This document shows positions 26,430-38,869 of a stretch of 64,000 bases of DNA, in pieces (the first letter of the stretch is position 1; every line of letters begins with the position of its first letter). Under the pieces are notes generated by a model, which was given only the letters and a program-made list of their open reading frames with translations, was not told the DNA's origin and did no database searches. The position numbers and the translations under genes were made by a program. Source of the DNA: Lama guanicoe (Eukaryota); the NCBI GenBank assembly GCA_013239625.1, contig MU054212.1, positions 4,436,270 to 4,500,269 of the forward strand, written 5' to 3'.

Positions 26430-28370
26430 TTATTATTTCATTGTAGAATAGTTGACATACCATACTATATGAGTTTCAGGTGTACAACATAAGGATTCGA
26501 CATTTTGACATTTATACACATTATAAGTTGATCACCACTGTAAGTCTGGTACCCATCTGTCAGCAAAGTTATCCCAGTGTTACCGACTGTATTTCCTATG
26601 CTGTACATTACATCCCTGTGACTTACTTATTTTATAACTGAACGTTTATACTTCTTAATAATCTTCACCTATTTCACCCAAACCCCATCCCTCCCCCTCT
26701 GATAACCACTCGTTTTTCTTCTGTATCTGTGAGTCTGTTTCTGTTTTGTTTTGTTTGGGCTCTTGTTTTGTTTTCTGGATTCCACATACAAGTGAAACCA
26801 TATGTATTTGTCTTTCTCTGCCTGGCAAACTTCACTTAGCATAATACCGTCTAGATCCATCCATGTTGTTGCAAATGGCAAGATTTTGTTCCATTTTACA
26901 TCTGAGTAATATTTCATTCTCTAGTGGATATTACATTTCAGTTATTACATCCCTCCGTTCTGATTGATTCTTCTTCATACTTTCTCTCTGTTGAAGTTCT
27001 CACAGAGTTCATCCATTCTTCTTCCCATTCAGTGAGCATCTTTATGACCATTAGTTCAAACTCTTTTATCCGGTAAATTGCTTGTCTCCATTTCATTTAG
27101 TTCTTCTTCTGGGCTTTGTCGTGTCCTTTCACTTAGAAGGTATTTCTTCATCTCCTCGTTTAGCCTTGCTCTCCGGGTTTGTATTAAGTATGTCAGTCAC
27201 AGCTCCCCATCTTGAAAGAGTGACCATACGTAGGAGTGTCCTGTAGGGCCAGAGGCATCAGAACCAGGTGCCTGGGAAGTCTCTCCTGTGTGCGTCGTGT
27301 GCGCCCTCTTGCGGTCGGGAAGCAGTTCCTGTGGGTGTGCTAGTGGCGTGGCTGGCCCTCAGCCTCGCCGGCCGCGCAGCTCAGCAGAGACTTGCAGAGG
27401 CCTCGGTGGGTGGGTTGGTCCCGGGCCCAGCTGTCTGCGAGGCCCGGCTGTGCCTGCTGGGAGGCGGGACTGGCCTCTGGCTTGGCTGGCCGAGAGGTCC
27501 GGCTGTGGGCACGCAGACATGCGGGGCTGGCCCCTGGTGAGGCATGGCAGGAGCAGCTCTAGAGGGGCTGGCTGGTGCAGGTCACTGTCAAGGGAATGCC
27601 AGGCCCGGTGCACGGTGTCAGCTAGGCTGACCAACAGGGAGAAAAATGGCACCTGCCAGTTAAAGAGAATTTATAAAAAATGGTGCCCACCAGTGTTTCT
27701 GTCCGTGGATAAATTTCCACCTGATTTCTATGCCTCTGGCACCTGCACCGATATTTTCAATGACTCTCTTTTTCATATTTCCTCTCCTCTGGGACTTGGA
27801 GAGAGCGTGTGCCCAAGCCGTGCGAGAGCAGAGTCTCCATTTCCGACAGCTCTCCCAGCGCTCCTGGATGGAAGCCCTGGATGAAAGCCAGCTGTGCTGG
27901 TGGTGTGTCTTCCGGACGCAGGTCACCTGGGCTGGGGAGCCCCCCTTGGGGCTGGGACTCCTCGCTCCTCGGTGGGGACTTGTAATATTCCTCCCGTTTG
28001 TGGGTCGCCACACTGGGGGTGTGGTTTCTGACTAGGCTGCATCTCTGCTCGTCCCACCTGTCTCAGCGTGACCTTTTCTTCCCTGTGTTCTTTCCTTTCT
28101 TTAAAGGTGAGGTGCCCGGCCAGCTTCAGGGGCGAGTTGGCACCCCCACATTCCGCCTCCACCAGCTCCCACGTTGCCACGGGGACCTCCGGCTCTCACT
28201 GCGTGCCGAGCCGCACCCGTTACTTCTTAACTGCAGAAAATCTTTTCTGCTGGCATTTAGGTTGTTCTCAGAGATAGTTTGGAGTAAACTCACGTAAAAG
28301 GTTTTGGTGTGCCCAGGAGGTGAGGTGAGCTCAGGATCTTCCTACTCTGCCGTCTTGATCAGGACCTTGC
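26430..28370 (-). mobile_element. L1 with 3' UTR joined to ORF1 start and GC-rich 5' UTR (internally deleted)
   Basis: Minus-strand ORF gives ILPFATTWMDLDGIMLSE (L1 3' end); the adjacent block is GC/CpG-rich 5' UTR-type sequence. Confidence 0.8.
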
Positions 28371-28672
28371 CTGTGATGATTTTTTAGAATATGTATTATA
28401 TGTAGGTTATTATCTATGCTTTTCATTTTAGGATAGAACTTTGGGTGTTAAAAACTCTTGGAATAAAAAGAAGATGGAAAGTCGGACAGAGTCTAGAATC
28501 ACTGTTTTTGAAACTTGCTATGTTTTTGAAACTTGCTATGAAAAGAAGAAAGTGATGGTATTAAATGTGTATTTTAAAATTATTTTTATTTGATGTAAAA
28601 TTGGAAAGGTGAGGTCTCAGAGAAGACATAGACATAGCAGGAGACAGCAATGGAGAAAAGGTTAAAGGTGCA

Positions 28673-28750
28673 AAAGGACAGTGTGAGAGGTATGAACTCA
28701 AAGGGTTGAATAGGAGACCTTTTGAGTTCATACCTTTCACACTGTCCTTT
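28673..28750. repeat. 34-bp inverted repeat with 10-nt spacer
   Basis: 28673-28706 versus reverse complement of 28717-28750: 32/34 identical. Confidence 0.95.
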
Positions 28751-29259
28751 AAGGTTGAATAGGAGAGTTAGAAATATAGTTTGTCCTAGGAGACCTCATA
28801 TTCCTAATAACAAGGTAAACGTGGTAGCTCCTACATCAGTGATCTTCTATATCAGAGAGTCTTAGTGATTATTTCTGGGTAATTTGTTGTTGTTTCCTGT
28901 GTAGTTTATCACTGATAATATATCCTCTCCTCTGCCCTCTTCTTTTGTCTCTGCCTTTAAAATTTCAGAGAATGGATGACAGTGGGATTCCAGCCAAACA
29001 TAACAGATCACTTGACTTTGACCTTTGAAAAAGTCAAGCATTAAGTAATAGTTGTGAGTTTGGGGATAAATTATTTTGGCGATAGAGGGCAAGTACCCCG
29101 GGTGCTGGATCGGGTTCAGGTTTCAGTGTTTTGCCGTATTGTCTTACTGAGGCTTGACGTGAGTATGTGCCCGAGCTTCAGAGCTAGTCACATTTCAATT
29201 ATATCAGTAACAGCAAACAACTCTTCTTATCTCTGTGTTTCAGATGAGGAGTTAAATAT

Positions 29260-30640
29260 AGTATGATGTCACCTGCGAATAGTGACAGTTTTACTTCTTC
29301 TTTTCTAATTTGGGTGCCTTTTATTTCTTTTTCATGTGTAACTGCTGTGGCTAGGGCTTCCAATACTGTGTTGAATAAAAGTGGTGACAGTGGGCAGCCT
29401 TGTTTTGTTCATGGTCTTAGAGGAAAAAGCTTTCAGCTTTTCATGACTAAGTATTATGTTAGCTGCGGGTTTGTCATATACAAACAGCCTTTATTATGTT
29501 GAGTTACATTCCCTCTGTACCCACTTTGTTGAGAGTTTTTATCATAAATGGATGTTGTATTTTTTCAACTCAATGAAGCCATCTGGTCCTGGATTTTTGT
29601 TTGTTGGGAGTATTTTGATTACCAATTAAATCTCATTACTCGTAACTGGTCTAGTCAGACTTTCTATTTCTTCATGATTCTATCTTGGAAGATGGTGTGT
29701 TTCTGGTAATTTATTTATTTCTTCTATGTTGTCCAATTTGTTGGCATACAGCTGTTCACAGTAGTCTTATGATCCTTTGTATTTCTGTGGTATCAGTTGT
29801 AACTTCTCCTCTTTTATCTGGTTTTATTTATTTGGACCTTCATTTCTTGATGAGTCTGTATAAAGGTCTGTCAATTTTGTTCATCTTTTCAATGAAAAAA
29901 GCTCTTAGTTTTACTGATCTTTTCTATTGTTTAGTCTCTATTTATTTCTGCTCTAGTGTTTACTATTTTCTTTCTTCTACTTACTTTGGGCTTTTTTTGG
30001 GGGGTATTTCTTTTTCTAGTTTCTTTATGTGTAACATTAGCTTAATTGAGATTTTTCTTGTTTCTTGATGTGGGCCTTTACGCTTATAAACTTTTGGAAG
30101 ATTGTGTTCCCATTTTCATTTGTCTCAAGGTATTTTTTAATTTCTCTTTTGATATCTTCTTATTCATCTATTTTTTGTTTAGTAGGATGTTGTAGAACCT
30201 TCACGTATCTGTGTATTTTCTAATTTTCTTCTTGTAATTGATTTCCAGTTTCATGCCATTGTAGTTGGAAAAGATGCTTAATATGATTTCTGTCTTCTTA
30301 AATTTGTCGAGTTTTTTTTTTTTTTTTGTAGCCCAGTGTGAGTGATCTTGGAGAATGTTCCATGTGCACTGGAGAAAAATGTGTATTCTGCTGTTTTGGT
30401 TAGAATGTTCTGTATATATCTATTAAGGATATCTGGTCTCATGTGTCATTTAAAGTTGATGTTTTCTTACTGATTTTCTGTGTAGATGCTCTATCCATTG
30501 ATGTAGGTGGGGTATTAAAATCCCCTACTGTTATTGTGTTACTGTAATTTTCTACCTTGAGGTTTGTTAGGTATATGCTTTATATAATTAGGTGTTCCTA
30601 TGTTACGTATGCACATAGTAATCAATGTTACATCCTCTGG
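29260..30640 (-). mobile_element. L1 ORF2 fragment
   Basis: Antisense L1 ORF2 motifs: ctgtggctagggcttccaatactgtgttgaataa, gagaatgttccatgtgcact. Confidence 0.9.
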
Positions 30641-31969
30641 AGTTTATCAAAATGATTAAAATTTAGCACAATGTTTTCAGCATCAACATAAAAGAAAAAA
30701 ACTTTTTTTAAAGAAATATATTTTTCACATGTATTTTTACTTTTCCTGTATAACATTTCATTTTATTCTTGTTTTGTTGTAGAAGAATGGACAGAAAAAG
30801 GCTCAGATCTTTCTCCCGTATAGTACCACTATTTTGTCTTTAAGTTTACCTAGAGAAGAAGGATTTTATTTCAATTGTTGTATATGTCTTAGGATTTTCT
30901 TAAACAGACTCTGTCTTCCGAAATGCAATGGCCTCTTTGCCTGAGGGGGAAAAGCCAAGCAGAGAATTATTCAGCTCTACTGAGTAAATCATTCAGAACA
31001 GGTGACTTAACTTTCTAGAGATGATAAATAGCTATATTATAGGCAAAGGCAAGGCTACATTTCCTTTGGGGCAATGGAGGATGATGAAAATCATCAATGA
31101 GCTGCTAAAGAACAGGAAAAAAAAATGCAAATATCTCTAATGCTTCTTGATGATGTTCCAAAAAAGTATTTAAAATGTTAAACTTTTGTTACAGTTTAAA
31201 AGCATAAAAATTGTATGAGCTTGAAACAGAAAATAGAAGGGATAACATAGAGTCACAAATTTGTGGATTTTTCCTCTTTTAATAACTGACAAAAATGCTT
31301 TGATCAAGTGGATTCTGTTGACAGATTTTTTTTTTAACAGCAGACGGAAGCTCTTATCTTAAAGCTATAAAGCAAAAACTGTTCATAAAGATTGCGTTGA
31401 ATGTCAGTTTCCCTGTATTATGTAAGTTTAGGGATTTGAAACATAAAAATGTGTGAGATAAAAGAAACATTGCAGCATGGATTCTAATACACAGTAATGT
31501 ACTGACATTTTTTTACCATTGAATAGCACACTTCGGTTGCAAGCATTGCTCCCCATTCAGAAGTTAAGCTAATTTTTCAAATAAAAGTTATTTCATACAT
31601 ATGAATTTCTCTTAAAACAACTCATGTCACCAGTTTAACTGATAGCTTTCCTTGTCAGTTTAGTCATAGTTCTTCAAAACCACATACACTTATTTCCGTA
31701 CATAAACTAGCTGAAAAGAAGATAGAAGAGATGAAATTTTTGGGGTTTTTTGTTTTTTAAAAGAAGACCTAATGTGAAAACATTTGTCGCTTGTTAAAAT
31801 TCATGCATCTTTAGGAAAAACTAATTATATCAGATTTTAACCATGTTTTGTAAAGGGGATGTTTCTCTTGCATTCATTAACTTAATTGGCACAGTGCAAG
31901 TTTTAAGCAGCCTTTCACCTTGTTTACAGGGTTGTAGTTTTAGGAATAGCCTTTCAAGAATAATAATTT

Positions 31970-32207
31970 AATAGAAGCTCCTGATTCCAAAGGTTGTTTT
32001 AGAGAGAAAATACAGAATTTTTGAGAAGTCTTTATAGTTGGGCAAAGAAAAGCTTTTTGGAACCAAGTAACAATATTTCACGATCCACTGCTTTAGGACA
32101 GAGAGTCTGCCTAGGTGTCCGTGGCTGGAATAAGTCGGGGGAGTAAATCCTTTAGTGGGATTATTCCCTTCTTCCCTGGTATATGAAGCATTGGTCTTCA
32201 TGATACC
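31970..32207 (-). pseudogene. Possible tail exon remnant
   Basis: Good acceptor ccttgttttcccagcag| followed by ~80 open codons; no diagnostic motif. Confidence 0.25.
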
Positions 32208-33199
32208 CTGCTGGGAAAACAAGGTGTTGGGAAGGATACAAATTGAGATTCCAGCGCTGTACTGCAAGTGTAGCGTTGAAATGTTTATTGAGAAAAATTC
32301 TAATTAAAATAAATGATGTCATACTACGTAAGTGAAGCTTATAGACATGGTCATTAGTACTTATGGATTATTTACAAGGAACTTTCAGTTCTTCAGTCTT
32401 TTTTTTTTTAAACTTCAACCTAGAAAGCCATCAGATACATAAATAAGAATATCCAAAGAAACTGTAAGCCCCTGAAGGTTTTGTGGCTCTTCCAAGGGTA
32501 AAGGGAAGAGGGTGTTGTGAGGTAGAAGTGCCTGGGTGAGCATGCATTTGTCTTTTTATGTGGGTCATTCTAGAATGTTGGGGGAACATCTTGGGATCCC
32601 CCATCTCTGTTCCTCTCATGATCCAGAAGTGGGTCTTTCTGTCTTTCACACAGAAGGGTTTTAGTGGTGTGTTCAAGTGCAGTGTGAAAAAGCTACTCTT
32701 TGACCAACAAAGGCATCATTAATTAGAGAATGAGATTGATATGGTAACAATTTGGGCTCAACTAGCTGGAGACGGGGCGTGCTAACACCTCCCGGTCCCT
32801 TGGTCACTGGGTCTCCGTGGGGGAGAATCTAGGGTCGGATGCTCTGCTGCTCAGCCCCAGCCTCCTCTCCAGCTACGGCTTCATTTCTTTTCTGTAAACC
32901 TTGTCTTTAAAGCTTCCATTTCTCTTTAGCTTATGATTAGATCTCTTATTGAAAGCCATTCATTTTACTTTGGATGATAGATGGCTTGAGGAAAGGAACT
33001 GGACTGCATTAATATATCTACTGTTCTGTGTTCTGGAAGAACCTTGTAATCCACAATCCACTGTCACAAACATCAAGGAAATGTTACAATATCTGCTATG
33101 AAAGCACTTCTATAGCTAAAGTATACTATAAGAAAAGACCTAAAAATACCAGATTTTTAGTTTTATTGACAAACTCGCAGAAATGTGCAAATAGAAGTT

Positions 33200-33400
33200 A
33201 ATATAGGCTCTGGTCTGTACACCTGGAGACATTTCTGTATTCCGGCAGCAATAGTCTTTGTTACTGGTGATAGTCACACGTGATAGTTTGGTGGGTAGAT
33301 GAACCTCACTAAACGTCTGCTGATCATACCAGCGATTATACGGATTTGTAAGCTGTCGTAAGAGATCTTGAGAAAGATCTGCCTGTGCGCTTCATACTAC
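33200..33400 (-). pseudogene. Decayed IQ motifs
   Basis: SLQIRIIAGMISRRL (33313-33351) and AAGIQKCLxGVQTRAY (33203-33250, needs a 1-nt frameshift) fit IQxxxRGxxxR. Confidence 0.55.
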
Positions 33401-33539
33401 GGCTGTTAACTATTAGGGTTTTCTGACTCCAGATTATTCCAGCAAAGCAACAGCTGTGATAATTAGCCAAAGCTGCCATTTGCTACTTGGTGCCTTTTGG
33501 AGTTGCAGACTCCTAGACCGTGCCATTGTCACAATAAAC

Positions 33540-33760
33540 ACTAACCTTAATAGAATGCTTACTACACACCAGGTGCTTTCATGACATAAACTCATGTGAT
33601 ATTCACAACACCCAGAAAGCACTACTGCCACCTCCTTTACAGAGATGAGAGATTGTGGCCAAAGGACTTGGGTAAATGTTCCAAGGTGAGAGCTGGGATT
33701 CAAGCCAGACAATCCGAGTGTGAAGCCCACACTCACTCGTAATCATTCTGCTCTGCCTTC
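33540..33760 (-). mobile_element. MIR SINE
   Basis: ctttacagagatgaga..ccaaggt..gctgggattcaagcc. Confidence 0.65.
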
Positions 33761-33851
33761 CCCTCTCTTCTATCCTAATGCTGTCTCCTTGGTAGCTAAT
33801 TTAATCCCTGTCCATGGGTTAACGGGGAGGGTTTATTTTATTTTCTTTGTT

Positions 33852-34197
33852 TGTCTTAGTGCATTTGGGATGCTGCATCAAAATGCCACGGACAGGGCAC
33901 CTTGTAAATGACAAACATTTATTTCTCACAGTTCTGGAGACTGGAGAGTTCAAGATCAACATGGTCACGTTCTGGTGAGACCCCTCTTCCTGGTTCCTAG
34001 CTGGTCCCTTCTCTCTGTGTCCTCATGTGGTGGGAGGGGAGGGAGCTCTCTGGAACCTCCTTTATTAACGCACTATTGCCATGCTTGAGGGCTCCACTCT
34101 CATGACTTAGTACTGCTCCCCCACTAATGCCATCACCTTTGGGGTTAGAATTTCAACACATGAATTTGTGGGGGACACAAGTATTCAGACCATAGCA
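33852..34197 (-). mobile_element. MaLR solo LTR (MLT1A-like)
   Basis: tgtcttagt..atttatttctcacagttctggag..ggggacaca..cagaccatagca. Confidence 0.85.
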
Positions 34198-34330
34198 TTA
34201 CTGTTTATTTTATCAGGGCTCTTTCTGAGTCAGTATTCTTGTTTTTTGTCGACCATTCTACGTGATCCTCTGGTGGTGGGCGTGTATGACAAGTGGAAGA
34301 TGTGGACATTCAGAGTTTTTCAATCATTTT

Positions 34331-34376
34331 CTCTCTCTCTCTCTCTCTTTCTCTCTCTCACACACACACACACACA
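34331..34376. repeat. (CT)n(CA)n compound microsatellite
   Basis: Direct observation. Confidence 0.9.
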
Positions 34377-34539
34377 GAGTACTGCTTTAAAATGGCTTCT
34401 GGTTATTTATGTGAAAATATGGAGGAGATATTGTTGAAAGACATATTTAAGAAGCTAGAGTGATCTCAATTAGACATAGATTTTCAAAGAAAATTTTGGA
34501 AGAAGAATTTTGCAACGATAACACCCTGATAAAATCAAG

Positions 34540-34698
34540 GAATGCCAAAAACTTGCTCAGCAGAACCTTAGAGAATTGTAGTACCTGACTGGAATCACAA
34601 CAGTCCAAGATGTGATCATCACTTTTCATGTTCAGAAACTTGGCTGTGTCATGTGTGCTCCAGGAACACACTTCCATGGCTTCCAGACACACCAGAGA
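34540..34698 (-). pseudogene. Myosin fossil exon, converter/lever start
   Basis: CLEAMEVCSWSTHDTAKFLNMKSDDHILDCC resembles MYO3-type ILEK..LDNWALGKTKVFLK and MYO16-type ADQLNDLC; possible donor after 34585. Confidence 0.45.
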
Positions 34699-35104
34699 CT
34701 ATTGCATGAATGAAGATGCGAGTGAGCTAATTTATGACAATTACAGTCACCAAGTGAGCTACATCTTTCATGTTCAGTGGTCAGAACATTCTTTCCCTGT
34801 TGGCCAAGTGATGTTTGAAGGCAAATCATAAACTGAGGGTTGCTTACTGAACAATAAGCAATCAAGGACTTAGAAAGGACCTTCAAAACTGATAGGACAT
34901 TGTTGTCACATTGTAGTGACTCCTCAAGTGCTTATTCCTGAAAGGAGAGAACCCAGGTTATAAAGAAATTTTTCTTGCCTTCTCTCATGTAATATTTGGT
35001 GGTTTTTGAAACTGCTTATTAACTAAAAGTTTACTTTTTTACAAAACTAAGTAATCTCTACTTTCATCAGTTTTATGAATATTTAAGAATTTGAGTATAC
35101 ATAC

Positions 35105-35254
35105 ATGCATAGGTATGTTTTAGAAACTAGTATTCATATTAGCTGTGCTAAATTTAAGTCCTTCACAGGAGACAGCATGGAAAATCTCTCCAATAGATTT
35201 GCTGGAAAGCCCTTTCTGTGGATGGCAAATGTTTTATTACATTCTAGTGCAGAG
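35105..35254 (-). pseudogene. Myosin fossil exon, SH1-helix region
   Basis: cttttactgtctag| acceptor. KTFAIHRKGFPANLLERFSMLSP resembles ET+.I.RKGFP.R....F..RY.+L.P. Confidence 0.6.
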
Positions 35255-36419
35255 CTAGACAGTAAAAGTGATAACAGATCAGAAGTAATATCCAAGACTC
35301 CTTTTAATTTTCCCATCACTTTCACTTTTGTCTTTCTACCACTTCAGTTTTGTTAAAATTGTCATTCAGTAACTATTTGAAAAGTATTAGAGGTTTCAAA
35401 GCTTTATTGGATTTGAAACTACTGTGACGCCAAAAGTGTAACTGACAATTGGCTCTGAGTATTCATTTCTCTCCCAATTCATAGACAATCAAATTTGTTC
35501 CCACCTTGTGAGACCTAGCCACCTTCAGTCACCTTGGTCTATCAAAACAGTCAATCTACATAATGGGAAAATGTAAAAATCCTGAGGTCAGGAAAGAGCT
35601 CTTGCAACTTGAAAGCTATGGTATATTTTATTACCGTACCCCAGCAATTTTAGCTGTGCATTCAGTACAAGTTGGAGAAATATTTATTGTTCTCCACCCT
35701 TCTTCTCAAATGAGGTAAAAAAACAGAGTTTTTGAGAGTATAGTATTTTTCAGACAAACTTTTGCAAAAAAATAAAAAAATTTCACACTATCTCGTTTGT
35801 TAATCTATAACATGAGCATGTTTTTAAAAATCTGTTCTTGGAACAGAAAAGAATGAAGTACCATAACTTAACCATATACCATTTATTCTATTTCAGTCTC
35901 CAATCAGTATAGAAAACAAACTGTCAGTCAATATTCGGCAGTAGACACTAAGACTCTTAATTCATCCATGCTTACCCACTGTTACCAACAGATCGGATTA
36001 GTAGCTTCTTTTTTGTAGTAATTTCTAGCAAGTAGCCTAAGTTTTCAAGTAAACAAGTTGTTTGAGGCTCTGAAGAGGGAAAAAACTGCAGAGAGAAAAG
36101 ATCTTAAATTAATTGAGTTTCAGATTTGAAGGGAGAAAATCATAAATCAGCTAAAATAAAGACATCCAATTAAAAAAAAGGATGTTCGTGCACTTAACAC
36201 AGCAGAGTTCATAAGTCTGTGAAAGAATTTGTATATATTGACTCATGTATGATAATTATTGAATAGGTAAGGTTATCATATTACCCTCAGTGTTTCATGT
36301 CAAAAAAACCCCCTCATGTTTTGAAACTAATTTGGAGTCATTTACAATTTTCATATAATAGCTTCTCAGGGTCTTTTGACATAAAAAATGCAAACGCAGT
36401 GAGGTATGTCAGCAGAGCC

Positions 36420-36506
36420 AAATCGAGTTGAAATATAGTAAAAACTGGGTAAGGAAGAGAGTTTCAGTTTGAGGATTATAGTCATGGAGTGCATTCAATA
36501 AAACGG
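36420..36506 (-). pseudogene. Possible myosin fossil exon, FVRCIKPN region
   Basis: Strong acceptor ctttctttttccctcttggtag|. RFIECTP..FTIFQL resembles HFVRCIKPN..V..QL; heavily decayed, 3' boundary unknown. Confidence 0.35.
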
Positions 36507-37089
36507 CTACCAAGAGGGAAAAAGAAAGCCATGGCGCAGGTCTCTTCATGAGAAGGGTGTTTTAGACTCATCTTTTGAAAGCCGAAAGGAGAAAAAAACT
36601 GACACAGAAACTGAGCGATGTTATGGTTCTCAGCAAGAAAAAGAGAGCAAAGATCTGGGGTAGAGCGGAAAAGGAGCCTGCAGCTCTAAAAGGAGTTCAG
36701 CCTCTGTGCAAAATTTTTGAAGAGCTTTGTAACTATTTAATATCTCTTTTTAAGGATAATTTAAAGCGAGAAGCTTCTTGAAAGTGGAAGAAATGTGCTG
36801 AATGACTCATGAAATACAGTGCCAAGGCAGGCAGAGCTGGGGGCTGTGTTCTCGGCCCCCTGACAACCTGTGGGCCCCTCAGAGGTCCTGGGGAAGTGTG
36901 TGCTTTCTTCTCAGCAGATAGCACCATCCCCTTTCTTATTTTCGGTTTCCTCTCTTCGTCCTCTGGTTTTTAATTTAACTATCTCTGACTTTGTATGGTT
37001 CATTCCTTCAAATATTCATTGCATCCCAACTGTGTGCTAGTCACTGATGTTAAAAGATGTGGCAGATGCAGCCGCTGTTACTGAAGAAC

Positions 37090-37215
37090 TTACGCGCTGA
37101 ACCAGCTGCAAAGGAGACGCGTGAACCGAGCCCTAACCCCCTAGCGCAGACCCATTGCGCGGATGCCTTCCGGTGCCGGGCACGCGTGCGCAGCTCCTCC
37201 GCGTAGCTTCTGTTG
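37090..37215. promoter_or_regulatory. CpG-dense micro-island with ETS- and NRF1-like motifs
   Basis: Many CpGs in ~120 bp; contains cttccgg and cacgcgtgcgca. Confidence 0.35.
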
Positions 37216-37239
37216 CCAAGGGACTGTTGGAGACTTTTG

Positions 37240-38500
37240 CCACCTTTTAATGTGGTCTTTGCCATTTTATCACTGACTTTTAGGACTTTTTATATATTGT
37301 GAATATAAGACCTCTTGTCAGTGTTTTGTGTCACAAATACTTTCTCTCCGTCTACCACCTGCCTGCCTGTTTTATTAATGATGTTTTTTGAAAGTTTTAT
37401 TTTAATTTTCTATTTCTCCCACCTGCCTTTTGTTTTCTGTCTTTCTTCTTTCTTTGAGGGGCAGGGTGGGTTAGTCAAACATATTTTCATACTTCATCTG
37501 ATACCCTTTGTTGCTATTTTAGTTATGCCTGTTTCTGCTATTTTTTTAGTGGTTGCTAAATAAGCAGTTTTAACCTAACTTATCTGCTTTCAAAAACTGT
37601 CCCACTATTTTGTGAACAATGTATGAACTTTACAATAGTATAATAATACTCATTTCTCTTCTCATTGTCATATAGTATTCTTTTTTTATGTTATACACCC
37701 TGCATTACATTATTATTTTTACTTTAAACAGTCAGCATTTTTAAAGAGATTTAGAGATACACACACATACACACACATACATGTATATATATGTGTGCAC
37801 ATAAAATAACTTTTTAAAGGCCTTTGTTAAACAGCATATTTATACTTCCTCATATTCTTTGATCCATTCTCCAGAATTGCTTTTCTATCTAGTGTCAGAT
37901 TCCTTTCATCTTGAAATTTTTAGCTTACTTTGGGTTGCAGGTTTAATGCAGAGAACAATTTTTCAGCTTATATCTTGTAGAAAGTGTCTTTATTTTATCT
38001 TTATTTTCTTAAATGGAGGCATAATTCACATGTGATAAATTTCACCCTGATTGTTTATGTGTGTGGTCACTCCTCACCTTCTGCTAGGTTTTCAGTCTGG
38101 GAGTTGAGTCAGTCTTTGCAAAAGCGGAGCTGCATTTGGGTTAGTTTGTTGCTTCTGTCACCCTCAGTTTGTCGCAGGTTTCAGCTGTGTCTGGTATTCT
38201 CTGGTTCTTTTAGTGGGGCTGGCGTGTCAGAGAGTTCTTCTCAATGTCATTTATGCCCTCAGCTTGGGTGTCCCGTTGCATCTGTGCCTCCAAAAAGGTC
38301 TCTCCACTGTTTTTATCTTGTTCCATTAGCAGAAAATTATTACTTATATTTACCACTTCTCAGCCTAGTGGTAGTTGTGCTGGGGGGTGTAATCTGCTGT
38401 TCTGTTTAAGCTTTAGCCTTGAGCAGGCGCTGGGGCCCTGGGTCTCAGGGATGATGCCTTCCTTGGGATTCTGTCCTTCCTTCAGTTACAGACACCTGTA
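37240..38500 (-). mobile_element. Old L1 fragments
   Basis: Antisense L1 3'/ORF1-type sequence, e.g. tttcagcttata..aagtgtctttatttt. Confidence 0.6.
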
Positions 38501-38869
38501 ACGGTGTAGGCCAGCAAGGGGGCTGAACCAGTTTTTCTGAAAAAGCATCCAACACCATCCAGCCAGTTTTGCTATTTCAGTATCCTATGTGTTTCATTCA
38601 CAGCACTTTTTGGAAGTTACGTTTCATTTAATTTATGTATCTGTTTGTTCATTTTTGTCTGTTTCCCCCATAAGGTAACAATCTCATCAGGGAAGACAGT
38701 ACATCTATGTTTTTGACTTTCATATCCACAATATTCAGTAAGGGGCCTAGATCATAGGTGCAACTCAGAAAATATATTTGTATGAAATAGTAAATGCCTG
38801 TTTTTGTTTTTGTTGGGGATTCATTTCATATTTTCTGTAACAATAAGAAATATGTTCTGAATACAAGAG

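Noticed and set aside
27268..28297. Cluster of long overlapping ORFs (up to 198 aa) and CpG-island-like composition
   Set aside because: Explained by the GC-rich L1 5' UTR.
28503..28540. 18-bp tandem duplication tgtttttgaaacttgcta
   Set aside because: Ordinary slippage duplication with only two copies; not an array.
37925..37965. Minus-strand IVLCIKP followed by a gtaagc donor, resembling myosin FVRCIKPN
   Set aside because: It lies within sequence that reads as antisense L1, so probably coincidental. It also shows that single by-eye motif hits can be false.
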